Positions 27,282-36,184 of a stretch of 64,000 nt of DNA are shown here, in pieces. This DNA is from Clostridia bacterium (lineage in GTDB: Bacteria; Bacillota; Clostridia; UMGS1883; UMGS1540). Where the stretch lies: NCBI GenBank assembly GCA_045533905.1, contig JAZSIR010000003.1, positions 1 through 64,000 on the forward strand. Reading direction: 5' to 3'. Numbering within the stretch: the stretch's first letter is position 1; every line of letters begins with the position of its first letter. The notes under the pieces were generated by a model. The model was not told where the DNA came from, ran no database searches, and saw nothing but the letters and a program-made list of their open reading frames with translations. The translations under genes were made by a program, and so were the position numbers.

Positions 27282-27310
27282 AGTATATCACAAATAATTG
27301 CAGATTTCAA
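27282..27310 (-). promoter_or_regulatory. sigmaA promoter of the GGDEF/EAL operon
   Basis: Minus strand TTGAAA, 17 nt, TGaTATACT. Confidence 0.65.
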
Positions 27311-27320
27311 CAGAAAATAC

Positions 27321-27350
27321 AAGAAAAAGCACCTTTCGGTGCTTTCTTTT
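27321..27350 (-). terminator. Intrinsic terminator after the ceramidase-like gene
   Basis: Minus strand AAAGCACC-GAAA-GGTGCTTT followed by TTCTT. Confidence 0.75.
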
Positions 27351-27352
27351 GT

Positions 27353-28708
27353 TTATAATGCCTGCAGAAGCTGTTTGCCGCCCTGAATCAAACACTCGGC
27401 AACGCCCGCGGTATACCGAGAGGAGCGCGCTTCGTAGCCGCCCTCTAAAAAGGCCGATTCCATCGGGAAGTAGCCGCCACTTCCGTTTACAAGGGCGCAC
27501 GGCAAAATCATACGCCAGCCGTCTGTATCTTTAATGCCAACGCCAATATCCGTGAAAGGCTCGCCCGGGATGCCGATAAGCGCTACGGGGCCTATCTTTA
27601 CGCCGCACATCGGAAGATGGAATTCCTCGGGGCCATGTTCAAGCTCGCACATACGAACAGCTTCCGCCACCACTGTGGTAAGCTCCATGGCGGAGAAGGG
27701 AATTTCATCGTCACGCCCGGCATCGTGGAGGTCCTTATATTTGTGTGCCAGCGGCAGTTCTTCGGGTTTTGGCGTGTTTGCCGGCACTACCACATCCTCG
27801 TGGAGCATTCTGATTTCGTCCACGTCCACGTATTCTGCCTTGTCGTATACTTCAAGCACAACGCCCGCGAGTGCGCGCCCAACAAACCGCGCCATGCCGG
27901 GGCTTTTCATTTCGTTATCAAAGCTGATTTCCGTATCATTCATATCGCCGCCTTCGGGGAACACATGTGTGCTGCCCACATCCCCTTGCGCGCCGGGGAA
28001 GAACATACACTTTGTGCCGTCCAGCGCTTTTTCCACGGTGCGACGAAGATGCCCTACAAAGTCGGAAGAAATCAGCTCGCCGCCAATCGTGTCGGCGTGA
28101 ATGCCGTAGTTTAAAAGGACAACGCTGTCCGCACCCTCTCTGTCAAACCGAAGGACGTTCACGCGCTGGTCAAGCGTGCCGATGGGGTGGTCGATATTCG
28201 GGTCACCTACGGGCGGGCAGGTCATCACCGAGCCGTCCTTCATACGGTAGCGGCGAATGTAGGCAATGCGATCGGGCGCTTCGCCTACGATAAACGCCAT
28301 TTTAGCGTTCTTTCTTTCGTTTAGAGAGAGCGTCGCCACATCACAGAGCCGCTTTTCCAAAAAGTCCGCATACCAAAGAATCGGTGCTTCGTCTGCTTCA
28401 AACATCGCATCGGGCGAAAGGTAGGGGCCCGTGTGCGTATGGGTGGAGGAAATAAAAATGTTTTCCTTTAAAACGCCCGTGGCCTCGGAAATCGCGGCAA
28501 TGTAGCGGTCGCAAATCTCGTTTTTCATAAGGCATTGGTCTACGCTTATAAGAAGAATGTCCACGCCGTCTTTTGAAATAGCAAGCGCGGAAGCCGAAAG
28601 GTCATCTAAAAACCCTTTGGCAAAGCGCGGCACATAGTAGCCGTGCATGGCAATGCCGAGCGGGGGGTTACTGTTTACGGATGCATAGCCGACTTTAAAA
28701 TTCGTCAT
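27353..28708 (-). CDS. Neutral/alkaline ceramidase N-terminal-domain-like amidohydrolase
   Basis: STHTHTGP Zn motif, NYGIHAD, SSDFVG, GAQGDV, IPGEPF, GYFP...GYEA; start 28708 after AAGGAGG. Confidence 0.75.
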   Translation of the reverse strand: MTNFKVGYASVNSNPPLGIAMHGYYVPRFAKGFLDDLSASALAISKDGVDILLISVDQCLMKNEICDRYIAAISEATGVLKENIFISSTHTHTGPYLSPDAMFEADEAPILWYADFLEKRLCDVATLSLNERKNAKMAFIVGEAPDRIAYIRRYRMKDGSVMTCPPVGDPNIDHPIGTLDQRVNVLRFDREGADSVVLLNYGIHADTIGGELISSDFVGHLRRTVEKALDGTKCMFFPGAQGDVGSTHVFPEGGDMNDTEISFDNEMKSPGMARFVGRALAGVVLEVYDKAEYVDVDEIRMLHEDVVVPANTPKPEELPLAHKYKDLHDAGRDDEIPFSAMELTTVVAEAVRMCELEHGPEEFHLPMCGVKIGPVALIGIPGEPFTDIGVGIKDTDGWRMILPCALVNGSGGYFPMESAFLEGGYEARSSRYTAGVAECLIQGGKQLLQAL

Positions 28709-28722
28709 ATTCGTTTCCTCCT

Positions 28723-29874
28723 TTAAAATGTACACATTTCGCCATCGAGCATGACGTTTTGCACGTTAAATTTATCATCTGTAAATACGAGCGCGGCTTT
28801 CTTGCCGACAGAAATGCTGCCGAGTTCTTTCCCGAGTCCTACCGCCTCGGCAGGGTTTGTGGAAGCCATTAAGAACGTCTCGGCAATGCCGCAAGCGGTC
28901 GCCGCCATCACATTGCGGCAGGCCATATCCATCGTAAGCTTGCTGCCCGCGATGCCGCCCAGATGGTCAAAATTCAAATCCTTCACGTGCGCAAGGTTTT
29001 CGGGCGGCGCGAAGGGGTAGTTCGTGCTGTCTGTTATGAGAATCATGCGCCCTACGCCTTTTGTATGGAGAAGAAGCCTCTGAAGGTCGGGATGCACATG
29101 GATAGCGCACGAGTCACTGATAAGCTCGGCGTACATATCGGGCGCCGTCATGCAGTATTCATCGGGACCTACGCCGCGCGTGCCGCCGTATAAAGGCTTC
29201 CGCCCCGTTGCATCCATAGCGTGCGTTAAAATGGTAGGGATGTATTCGCCGAGTGCGCGCACTTCGTCGGGCGTAGCCTCGCTGTGCCCGAGGGCAAAGC
29301 GTACCTCGGGGTTTACCTGCCGCGCATATTCAAGGAACGGCATAAGACCTTCTCTTTCGGGCGCAACCGTCCAAACAAGCGCGTCGCGCCCTGCCGCATC
29401 GCAAAGCGCCTTGTATTCTTCGGGGAGTATCCCGTGCCGCCACGGGTTTGTATCATAATTTGCGCCGTATTTGGGGTTTGTGTACGGCCCTTCCATATAC
29501 ATGCCGCGAATGGATTTTGCCTTGGGCATCGCCTCGCGAATCGTGCGAATACCTTCCATAAATTCGGCAAAGGGTAAGCTATAAAGGGGCGAGGCGAGAA
29601 TAGAGGTGGCACCGTGCCGGAGGAAAAACTCTGCCGCCTCGCGCGGCTTTTCATATGTTTCATATCCGCCGCCGCCGTGCACATGGATATCCACAAAGCC
29701 GGGGCCGACATACGCGCCATGCGCGTCAATCTTCTCGGCACCCACCGGAATTTCCACATCGCGGCGCGGGCCGAAAGCGGCAATGCGCTCGCCTTCTACG
29801 AGAAGCACACCGTCCCATACAATGCCTGTTTCAAGAACAAGCTGTGCGTTATAAATAGCTTTAATTTTCTCCAT
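28723..29874 (-). CDS. NagA-like N-acetylhexosamine(-6-phosphate) deacetylase, divergent
   Basis: PGFVDIHVHG, EGPY, TVAPE, GHS, TH, LITDS, IAGS, NPA. Confidence 0.8.
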   Translation of the reverse strand: MEKIKAIYNAQLVLETGIVWDGVLLVEGERIAAFGPRRDVEIPVGAEKIDAHGAYVGPGFVDIHVHGGGGYETYEKPREAAEFFLRHGATSILASPLYSLPFAEFMEGIRTIREAMPKAKSIRGMYMEGPYTNPKYGANYDTNPWRHGILPEEYKALCDAAGRDALVWTVAPEREGLMPFLEYARQVNPEVRFALGHSEATPDEVRALGEYIPTILTHAMDATGRKPLYGGTRGVGPDEYCMTAPDMYAELISDSCAIHVHPDLQRLLLHTKGVGRMILITDSTNYPFAPPENLAHVKDLNFDHLGGIAGSKLTMDMACRNVMAATACGIAETFLMASTNPAEAVGLGKELGSISVGKKAALVFTDDKFNVQNVMLDGEMCTF

Positions 29875-29989
29875 AGTAAAAGCTCCCTTCAGGGTTTCTT
29901 TATCTTATTTATAGCACAGAAGAAAAGAAAAAGTCAATAGAAGCCGAAAAAGACGAAAAAATTTCGTTTTTTAATTTTTTTCGTGTAGC

Positions 29990-30017
29990 TTGACACGGTC
30001 TCATAACGTGCTATAAT
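29990..30017 (+). promoter_or_regulatory. sigmaA promoter of GH116-lacI
   Basis: TTGACA, 16 nt, TGcTATAAT. Confidence 0.75.
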
Positions 30018-30051
30018 GAAAGTAAATAAAGCTTTTTAGGAGTGTTTTACT

Positions 30052-32568
30052 ATGCGGTACGAAGGTGCAAAACGAAATGCAATTTCTTTCCCGCTCGGCG
30101 GCATCGGTACGGGCAGTATCGGTCTTTCCGGTGACGGGCGGCTCGTTGACTGGGAAATTTTCAATCGCCCCGCAAAGGGAAGCATCAATCGGTATTCCCA
30201 TTTTGCCATCCGCGCCATCCGCGGCGAGCGCATCACGGCTGCCGTTTTAAACGGGGATATGACGCGTTCTTATATGGGGCAGTATGAAAAACGCACATTC
30301 GCAGGTTTTGGCTTTGGGCCTGACGGCGATACGATGTGCGGCTTTCCGCATTTTCGAAATGTGACGTTCGACGGCGCGTTCCCTATGGCCACGCTCACGT
30401 TTTCGGACGAAGCATTCCCCGCCGCCGTTCGGATGACGGCCTTTAACCCCTTCATCCCGCGCGATGCGAAAAACTCTTCGCTTCCTGCCGCCTTTTTTGA
30501 ATTTGAGGTGGAGAATACGGAAAAAGAGGAAATCCGCTACGAGATTGCGCTTTCCGTCAATAACCCCTATAAGGCGGCGCGGCACGCACACGATATGGGG
30601 GGAGAAATCAAAACACTCTTTTTGTATAACGCGGGTGCCGATACAGAAAGCACCGAATACGGCGATATGACGATTGCCACAGACAGCGCCGAAACGCAGG
30701 TGCAAACATATTGGTACCGCGGCAAGTGGCGCGACAGTATCGTTTCCTTCTGGAATGATTTTTCGGGCGAAATGACCCTTCGCGACCGCCAGTATGATGA
30801 GACGGGCGACTGCGACACGGGCACGCTCGTAGCATGCGTAAACGTCCCCGCGGGCGAAAAGAAAAAGCTTCGCTTTGTATTTTCGTGGAACGTGCCGAAC
30901 AATTTTGCCTACTGGACAAAAGATGAAAAAAGACAAACGCCGTGGAAAAATTATTACGCCACCGTTTTTGAAAATTCGAAAGAAACAGCACAGTATGCCC
31001 TCTCCAATTGGGAAATGCTGTATTCCCGTACGGAAAAATTTAAAAATGCGCTTTATGCTACCACGCTTCCCGAAGGACTCACCGAAGCGGCGGCGGCAAA
31101 CCTTTCCGTTTTGAAATCGCCCACCGTTTTGCGCCTTTCCGACGGGTCGTTCTACGGCTGGGAGGGCGTGCACGAGCGCGAAGGGTCGTGCGAGGGTACG
31201 TGCCAGCACGTCTGGAACTATGCGTATGCCCTTTGCTTTTTGTTCCCCGAGCTTGAAAGATCTATCCGTGAAATGGAATTTCAGTATAGTACCGACGAAA
31301 ACGGGCGCATGGGCTTTCGTATTCAGCTTCCGCTCGGCGCGCCGATGGCGGAATTTCGCGCCTGCCTTGACGGGCAGATGGGCGCCGTCATCAAGTGTTA
31401 CCGTGAGTGGAAAATCTCGGGCGACACCGCGTGGCTTCGCAAAAACTGGAACGATATAAAAAGAGTTCTGGAATACGCGTGGAGCGACAAAAATCCCGAC
31501 GAGTGGGACAAAAACCGCGACGGTGTACTCGAAGGTCGCCAGCATCACACGCTCGATATGGAGCTGTTCGGTCCCTCCTCGTGGCTCGAAGGTATGTACC
31601 TTTTGGCACTTTCCGCGGCCGCGGAAATGGCGGAGGCTATGGGCGAAGCCGATAAAGCCGCCGAGTGGCGCACCCTTTTTGAAAAGGGCAGAGCGTGGAC
31701 GCGCGAAAATCTTTTTAACGGCCGCTATTTCATACAGAAAATTGACCTTACCGATAAAAATATGACCGATAAATTCGAGGCTTCCGCCGAATACTGGAAC
31801 GACGAGGCGGGGCAAATTAAGTACCAAATCGGCGAAGGCTCGTCAATCGATCAGGTGCTCGCCCAGTGGCATGCCGATATCCTGGGTCTTGGCGATATTT
31901 TTGACAAAGAACAGCTTTCCATGGCCCTTTCGCATATGATGGAAAATAACTTTAAACCCACGATGCGCGGCTTTACTAACCCGTGGCGCATTTTCTCGTT
32001 AAATGATGAAGCCGGTACGGTCATTTGCGACTATCCGGAAGATGCCGAAAAACCGAAAATCCCGATTCCGTACTGCGAAGAGACGATGACGGGGTTTGAA
32101 TATGCCTTCGCAGGTCTTCTCTGCGCACGCGGCAAAGTAGAGGACGGCGCCCGTGTCGCCCGCGCCGTGCGCGAGCGGTTTGACGGGGAGAAGCGAAACC
32201 CGTGGAACGAATTTGAGTGCGGCAGTAACTATGCCCGCTCGATGGCAAGCTATGCGCTCATCCCGATTTTAAGCGGCTTTACGTTTGATATGCCGAAAGG
32301 GCACATCGGCTTTAGCCCCTATAAGGCGGACGAATTCTCCGCCATCTGGAGTCTCAATAGCGCATGGGGCACCTTCACGCTTTCGGAAAAGACCGCGAAG
32401 GTAGAAATTTTAGAAGGCAGCCTTACGCTTTCCTCTCTCGGTCTTCCGTTTGCGGCATCCGTTTCCGCTTTCAAAATTGACGGACAGGAGACGGCATTTA
32501 CGTTCTCGGACGGCACGATTCAGTTTACCAAAACCGATATTTCGGAAAGTGTGGAGATTTCGCTATGA
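30052..32568 (+). CDS. GH116 glycoside hydrolase (non-lysosomal glucosylceramidase GBA2 family)
   Basis: FPLGGIGTGSI, DWEIFN, FNPFIP, YGWEG...CEGTCQHVWNYA, DGQMG, HTLD, NPWNEFECGSNYARSM; no signal peptide. Confidence 0.9.
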   Translation: MRYEGAKRNAISFPLGGIGTGSIGLSGDGRLVDWEIFNRPAKGSINRYSHFAIRAIRGERITAAVLNGDMTRSYMGQYEKRTFAGFGFGPDGDTMCGFPHFRNVTFDGAFPMATLTFSDEAFPAAVRMTAFNPFIPRDAKNSSLPAAFFEFEVENTEKEEIRYEIALSVNNPYKAARHAHDMGGEIKTLFLYNAGADTESTEYGDMTIATDSAETQVQTYWYRGKWRDSIVSFWNDFSGEMTLRDRQYDETGDCDTGTLVACVNVPAGEKKKLRFVFSWNVPNNFAYWTKDEKRQTPWKNYYATVFENSKETAQYALSNWEMLYSRTEKFKNALYATTLPEGLTEAAAANLSVLKSPTVLRLSDGSFYGWEGVHEREGSCEGTCQHVWNYAYALCFLFPELERSIREMEFQYSTDENGRMGFRIQLPLGAPMAEFRACLDGQMGAVIKCYREWKISGDTAWLRKNWNDIKRVLEYAWSDKNPDEWDKNRDGVLEGRQHHTLDMELFGPSSWLEGMYLLALSAAAEMAEAMGEADKAAEWRTLFEKGRAWTRENLFNGRYFIQKIDLTDKNMTDKFEASAEYWNDEAGQIKYQIGEGSSIDQVLAQWHADILGLGDIFDKEQLSMALSHMMENNFKPTMRGFTNPWRIFSLNDEAGTVICDYPEDAEKPKIPIPYCEETMTGFEYAFAGLLCARGKVEDGARVARAVRERFDGEKRNPWNEFECGSNYARSMASYALIPILSGFTFDMPKGHIGFSPYKADEFSAIWSLNSAWGTFTLSEKTAKVEILEGSLTLSSLGLPFAASVSAFKIDGQETAFTFSDGTIQFTKTDISESVEISL

Positions 32569-33482
32569 AAACGCTGAAGGTCACCACGGCGGAAATTGCT
32601 CATATCTGCGGCGTTTCGCAAGGTACGGTGGACCGCGCACTAAACGGCCGCCCCGATATCAAGGCGGAAACGAAGCAGAAAATTTTGGCGGTGGCGCGGC
32701 AGTACGGCTGGCGCGAGCATCTTTCCACCGCTCCCGATAAAATTATCGGGCAAATCGGCATTGTGGTTTTTAATCTTGATAACGAATACTTTACGGAGCT
32801 GATTTCGGAGCTTGAGTACGCCCTCGCCGAAAAAGGGCTCGGTGCTACGATTATGCTCAGCCACTATGATAAGGAAAGAGAAATTGAATGTATTCGCAAT
32901 CTCTATAATATGGGCGTTTTGGGCATTGTGCTTTGCACCGTGCAGACGGACGAGGCATTTGCAAAGTATCTCGAGCTTTTCGATATTCCCATTGTAGCGG
33001 TCGGCAACCCCATTTCGGGGCGGCCGTATGTGGGGATTGACGATTTTGTCGCTATGCGCGATATGACGGCGCATGTACTTTCGAAAAACCCCAAAAAGCT
33101 TCTCTATTTTTCGCCCGCGCTTTTCTACCCCGATGCCGCGGCGCAAAAAAGGCGGTATGAAGGGTTTCTTTCTGCGGCAGGGGGAAGAGAGTACGAGGTG
33201 ATAACCTCGCCCGACGCGCTTTTAGAAGAATACCCCGAGGGCACGCATATGATTTGCTCTACCGACTATTACGCGCTAAAAGCGTACTTTAAAACGCGCG
33301 GCGCCCGTATCACGGGGTTTGATAATATTCGCGCCCTTGAAAAGTATAAAATTTCTGTCGATTCCGTGGGATATTCCGCCGCGGAAATTGCAAGAGGGGT
33401 TCTTCGGGTACTTACCGAAGGTGAAGAAGAAAATATATTGGTGGAACACCGCATTGTTCCCCATGAAGAGAGCGGTAACTGA
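32565..33482 (+). CDS. LacI-family transcriptional regulator
   Basis: TTAEIAHICGVSQGTVDRALNGR HTH, ITGFDN; ATGA overlap with GH116. Confidence 0.9.
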   Translation: MKTLKVTTAEIAHICGVSQGTVDRALNGRPDIKAETKQKILAVARQYGWREHLSTAPDKIIGQIGIVVFNLDNEYFTELISELEYALAEKGLGATIMLSHYDKEREIECIRNLYNMGVLGIVLCTVQTDEAFAKYLELFDIPIVAVGNPISGRPYVGIDDFVAMRDMTAHVLSKNPKKLLYFSPALFYPDAAAQKRRYEGFLSAAGGREYEVITSPDALLEEYPEGTHMICSTDYYALKAYFKTRGARITGFDNIRALEKYKISVDSVGYSAAEIARGVLRVLTEGEEENILVEHRIVPHEESGN

Positions 33483-33557
33483 TACCGCTCTTTTCGCTTG
33501 ACGAAAGCGCCCGAGATGTGGTAAAATATAGGAAATTCTGTTTTGGGAGGAAGAAGC

Positions 33558-34511
33558 GTGAAAATCGTAGTACTGGACAGGCTCACCCTTGGAGAAGATT
33601 TAGATATATCAGCCGCCGAAAATTTCGGCACGGTTGTTTCCTATGATACCACCGCCCCCTCGGAGGTGGCGATGCACATCGGAGATGCCGATGTGGTTTT
33701 TGTAAACAAAGTAAAACTGCAGGCAGAAAATCTGAAAGATGCAAAAAATCTAAAGCTCATTTGCGTAGCGGCCACGGGGTACGATAATATCGACCTCGCA
33801 TTTTGCCGCACGCGCGGCATCGCTGTGTGCAACGTGCCGGGCTACTCGGTATACAGCGTAGCGCAGGTGACGGTGGGCATGGTCCTTTCGCTCGTGAACC
33901 GATTCGCCGAGTACACAAGATACACAAAGGACGGCACGTACCAAAAAGGCAGCTCCGCCAATATTTTAACGCCCGTTTACCACGAGCTCCTCGGCAAAAC
34001 CTGGGGCATCGTGGGGTATGGCGGCATCGGCGGGCGCGTGGGCGAAATTGCACGGGCACTCGGCTGTAAGGTACTTGCCTATAAGAGAACACCCGTAGAA
34101 GGGGTAGAGTGCACGGATATTGACACACTGCTTCAAAAGAGCGATATCGTCTCGGTACATATTCCGCTTTCGGATGCTACACGCGGCCTCATAAGCCGCG
34201 AGCGCCTTGCAAAAATGAAGAAAACCGCTATTTTGGTAAACACCGCCCGCGGCGCGGTAACGGATGAGGCGGCCGTATGCGAGGCGATACTCGAAGGGAA
34301 CCTCGCCGGCTTTGGCACGGACGTGTATTCGAAAGAGCCGTTTGGGGAAGATAGTCCCCTTGCGCGCATCGCCGCGGAGGACAACGTCATTTTAACGCCG
34401 CACATGGCGTGGGGCACAATCGAAGCGAGAGAGCGCTGCTTTGGCGAAATGCTTCATAATACGGAAGCCTTTTTTGAAGGCAAAGAGCGAAATCGCGTGG
34501 ATTTACAGTAG
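33558..34511 (+). CDS. D-2-hydroxyacid dehydrogenase (glycerate dehydrogenase/hydroxypyruvate reductase-like)
   Basis: ATGYDNID, VCNVPGYS, GIVGYGGIG, VNTARG, DVYSKEP, LTPHMAW; GTG start after GGGAGG. Confidence 0.9.
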   Translation: MKIVVLDRLTLGEDLDISAAENFGTVVSYDTTAPSEVAMHIGDADVVFVNKVKLQAENLKDAKNLKLICVAATGYDNIDLAFCRTRGIAVCNVPGYSVYSVAQVTVGMVLSLVNRFAEYTRYTKDGTYQKGSSANILTPVYHELLGKTWGIVGYGGIGGRVGEIARALGCKVLAYKRTPVEGVECTDIDTLLQKSDIVSVHIPLSDATRGLISRERLAKMKKTAILVNTARGAVTDEAAVCEAILEGNLAGFGTDVYSKEPFGEDSPLARIAAEDNVILTPHMAWGTIEARERCFGEMLHNTEAFFEGKERNRVDLQ

Positions 34512-34609
34512 CTTTTTCGCGAAAATCGCGTTTTAGGATTGCAATTTCAGAGGATTTATGGCATACTGTATAGGAAGAAATTTCTTTGGCGTTTACAAGG
34601 AGGCAAAAT

Positions 34610-35965
34610 ATGCATAACGAAAAAAGAAGCAACTTTACGGGCAAGCTCGGGTTCGTGCTGGCGGCCGCAGGAAGCGCTGTGGGCCTTGGCAACATCTGGC
34701 GCTTCCCGTATCTTGCCGCAAAATACGGCGGCGGTATATTCCTGCTCGTATATCTGATTTTAACCGTAACCTTCGGCTTTTCTCTTATGCTTACGGAAAT
34801 TGCCATCGGCAGAAAAACGGGGCAGAGCGCTATCGGCGCGTATAAAAAGCTCCAAGAAAAGTACGCCTTCATCGGCTGGCTCGGCGCACTTGTGCCGGCG
34901 ATTATCCTGCCGTACTATTCCGTAATCGGCGGGTGGGTAACGAAGTATTTTTATCTCTTTTTGACGGGGCCCGCCAAAGCTATGGAAGACGGTATCGACT
35001 TTTTCAGCGCTTTCATATCGAGCACGTGGGAACCGCTTCTTTGGTTCGGCATCTTCCTCGGCATTACGGCGCTCGTTGTGGTACTCGGCGTGGAAAAGGG
35101 CGTTGAGAAGGTCAGCAAAATTATGATGCCTGTCCTCGTAGCCCTCTCGATAGGACTTGCTATATATAATATGACGCTTCCGGGTGCTATGGAAGGCGTT
35201 AAGTTTTATCTTTTGCCGGACTTTTCAAAGTTCTCCGTTGAGCTTGTGCTTGGCGCGATGGGGCAGCTTTTCTACTCTATGTCCATTGCCATGGGCATTA
35301 TGATTACATACGGTTCCTATATGAAAAAGGATGTAAACATCGAAAAAGCAGTACACCAGATTGAGCTTTTTGATACCGGCATTGCCTTTTTAGCCGGTCT
35401 TATGATTGTGCCGGCTACGTACGCACTTTCGGGCTCTGCGGGCGTGGACAAAGGCCCCGGTCTTATGTTCGGCACACTGCCCGGTGTGTTCGCCGGGATT
35501 GAAGGCGGCAATATTTTAGGGGCGCTTTTCTTCCTACTTGTATTTTTCGCGGCACTTACCTCTTCCATTTCTCTTATGGAAACGGTAGTTTCTCTTTTGC
35601 AGGATAAACTGCACTGGCGCCGCGGCACATCTTGTCTTGTTGTCTTTTTGGGTGCCATCGCACTTGGCGTGCCCGCTTCGCTTGGTAACGGCCCGTGGGG
35701 CGGCGTGCTTATTATGGGCAAAAACTTCTTAGACTTTTTCGACTTTGTTTCCAACAGCGTTATTATGCCGATTGTGGCATTTTTAACCTGCATTTTCGTG
35801 GGCTATGTCATAAAACCGAAAACAGTTATTGCGGAGCTTGAGGAAACGGCACCGTTTAGCGCAAAGCGCCTTTATACTGTCATTATCCGCTACATTGCCC
35901 CGATTTGTATTCTGGGGATTCTGATTTCCTCTGTTTTGGAGGGACTCGGGCTCTTTGTAATCTAG
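34610..35965 (+). CDS. NSS (SNF, neurotransmitter:sodium symporter) family transporter
   Basis: GFVLAAAGSAVGLGNIWRFPY, YYSVIGGW, GQLFYSMS, GPGLMF, AALTSSISL. Confidence 0.93.
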   Translation: MHNEKRSNFTGKLGFVLAAAGSAVGLGNIWRFPYLAAKYGGGIFLLVYLILTVTFGFSLMLTEIAIGRKTGQSAIGAYKKLQEKYAFIGWLGALVPAIILPYYSVIGGWVTKYFYLFLTGPAKAMEDGIDFFSAFISSTWEPLLWFGIFLGITALVVVLGVEKGVEKVSKIMMPVLVALSIGLAIYNMTLPGAMEGVKFYLLPDFSKFSVELVLGAMGQLFYSMSIAMGIMITYGSYMKKDVNIEKAVHQIELFDTGIAFLAGLMIVPATYALSGSAGVDKGPGLMFGTLPGVFAGIEGGNILGALFFLLVFFAALTSSISLMETVVSLLQDKLHWRRGTSCLVVFLGAIALGVPASLGNGPWGGVLIMGKNFLDFFDFVSNSVIMPIVAFLTCIFVGYVIKPKTVIAELEETAPFSAKRLYTVIIRYIAPICILGILISSVLEGLGLFVI

Positions 35966-35972
35966 AAAAACG

Positions 35973-36010
35973 GCCACTGCAGTTTTCTATGTAAACTGCA
36001 GTGGTTTTCT
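35973..36010 (+). terminator. Intrinsic terminator
   Basis: GCCACTGCAGTTT-TCTATGT-AAACTGCAGTGGT followed by TTTCT. Confidence 0.8.
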
Positions 36011-36104
36011 TATGTAAAAACCGCTAAAAAACAGCAAAAGAATCTATTTTTTTTGCGCAATCCGTCTTTTTTTGAAGAAAAAGAATTTTTCTTGCAAAAA
36101 AGAC

Positions 36105-36133
36105 TTGATAATTTTTTAACAATGTGGTATAAA
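36105..36133 (+). promoter_or_regulatory. sigmaA promoter with overlapping Rex operator
   Basis: TTGATA, 17 nt, TGgTATAAA. The 18-mer TTGATAA-TTTT-TTAACAA (36105-36122) is one mismatch from the clostridial Rex consensus TTGTTAA-N4-TTAACAA. Confidence 0.75.
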
Positions 36134-36184
36134 GTATATAGAAAAATAGGTTTTACAACAAGAAATTGAAGGAAGGGCAGCACT

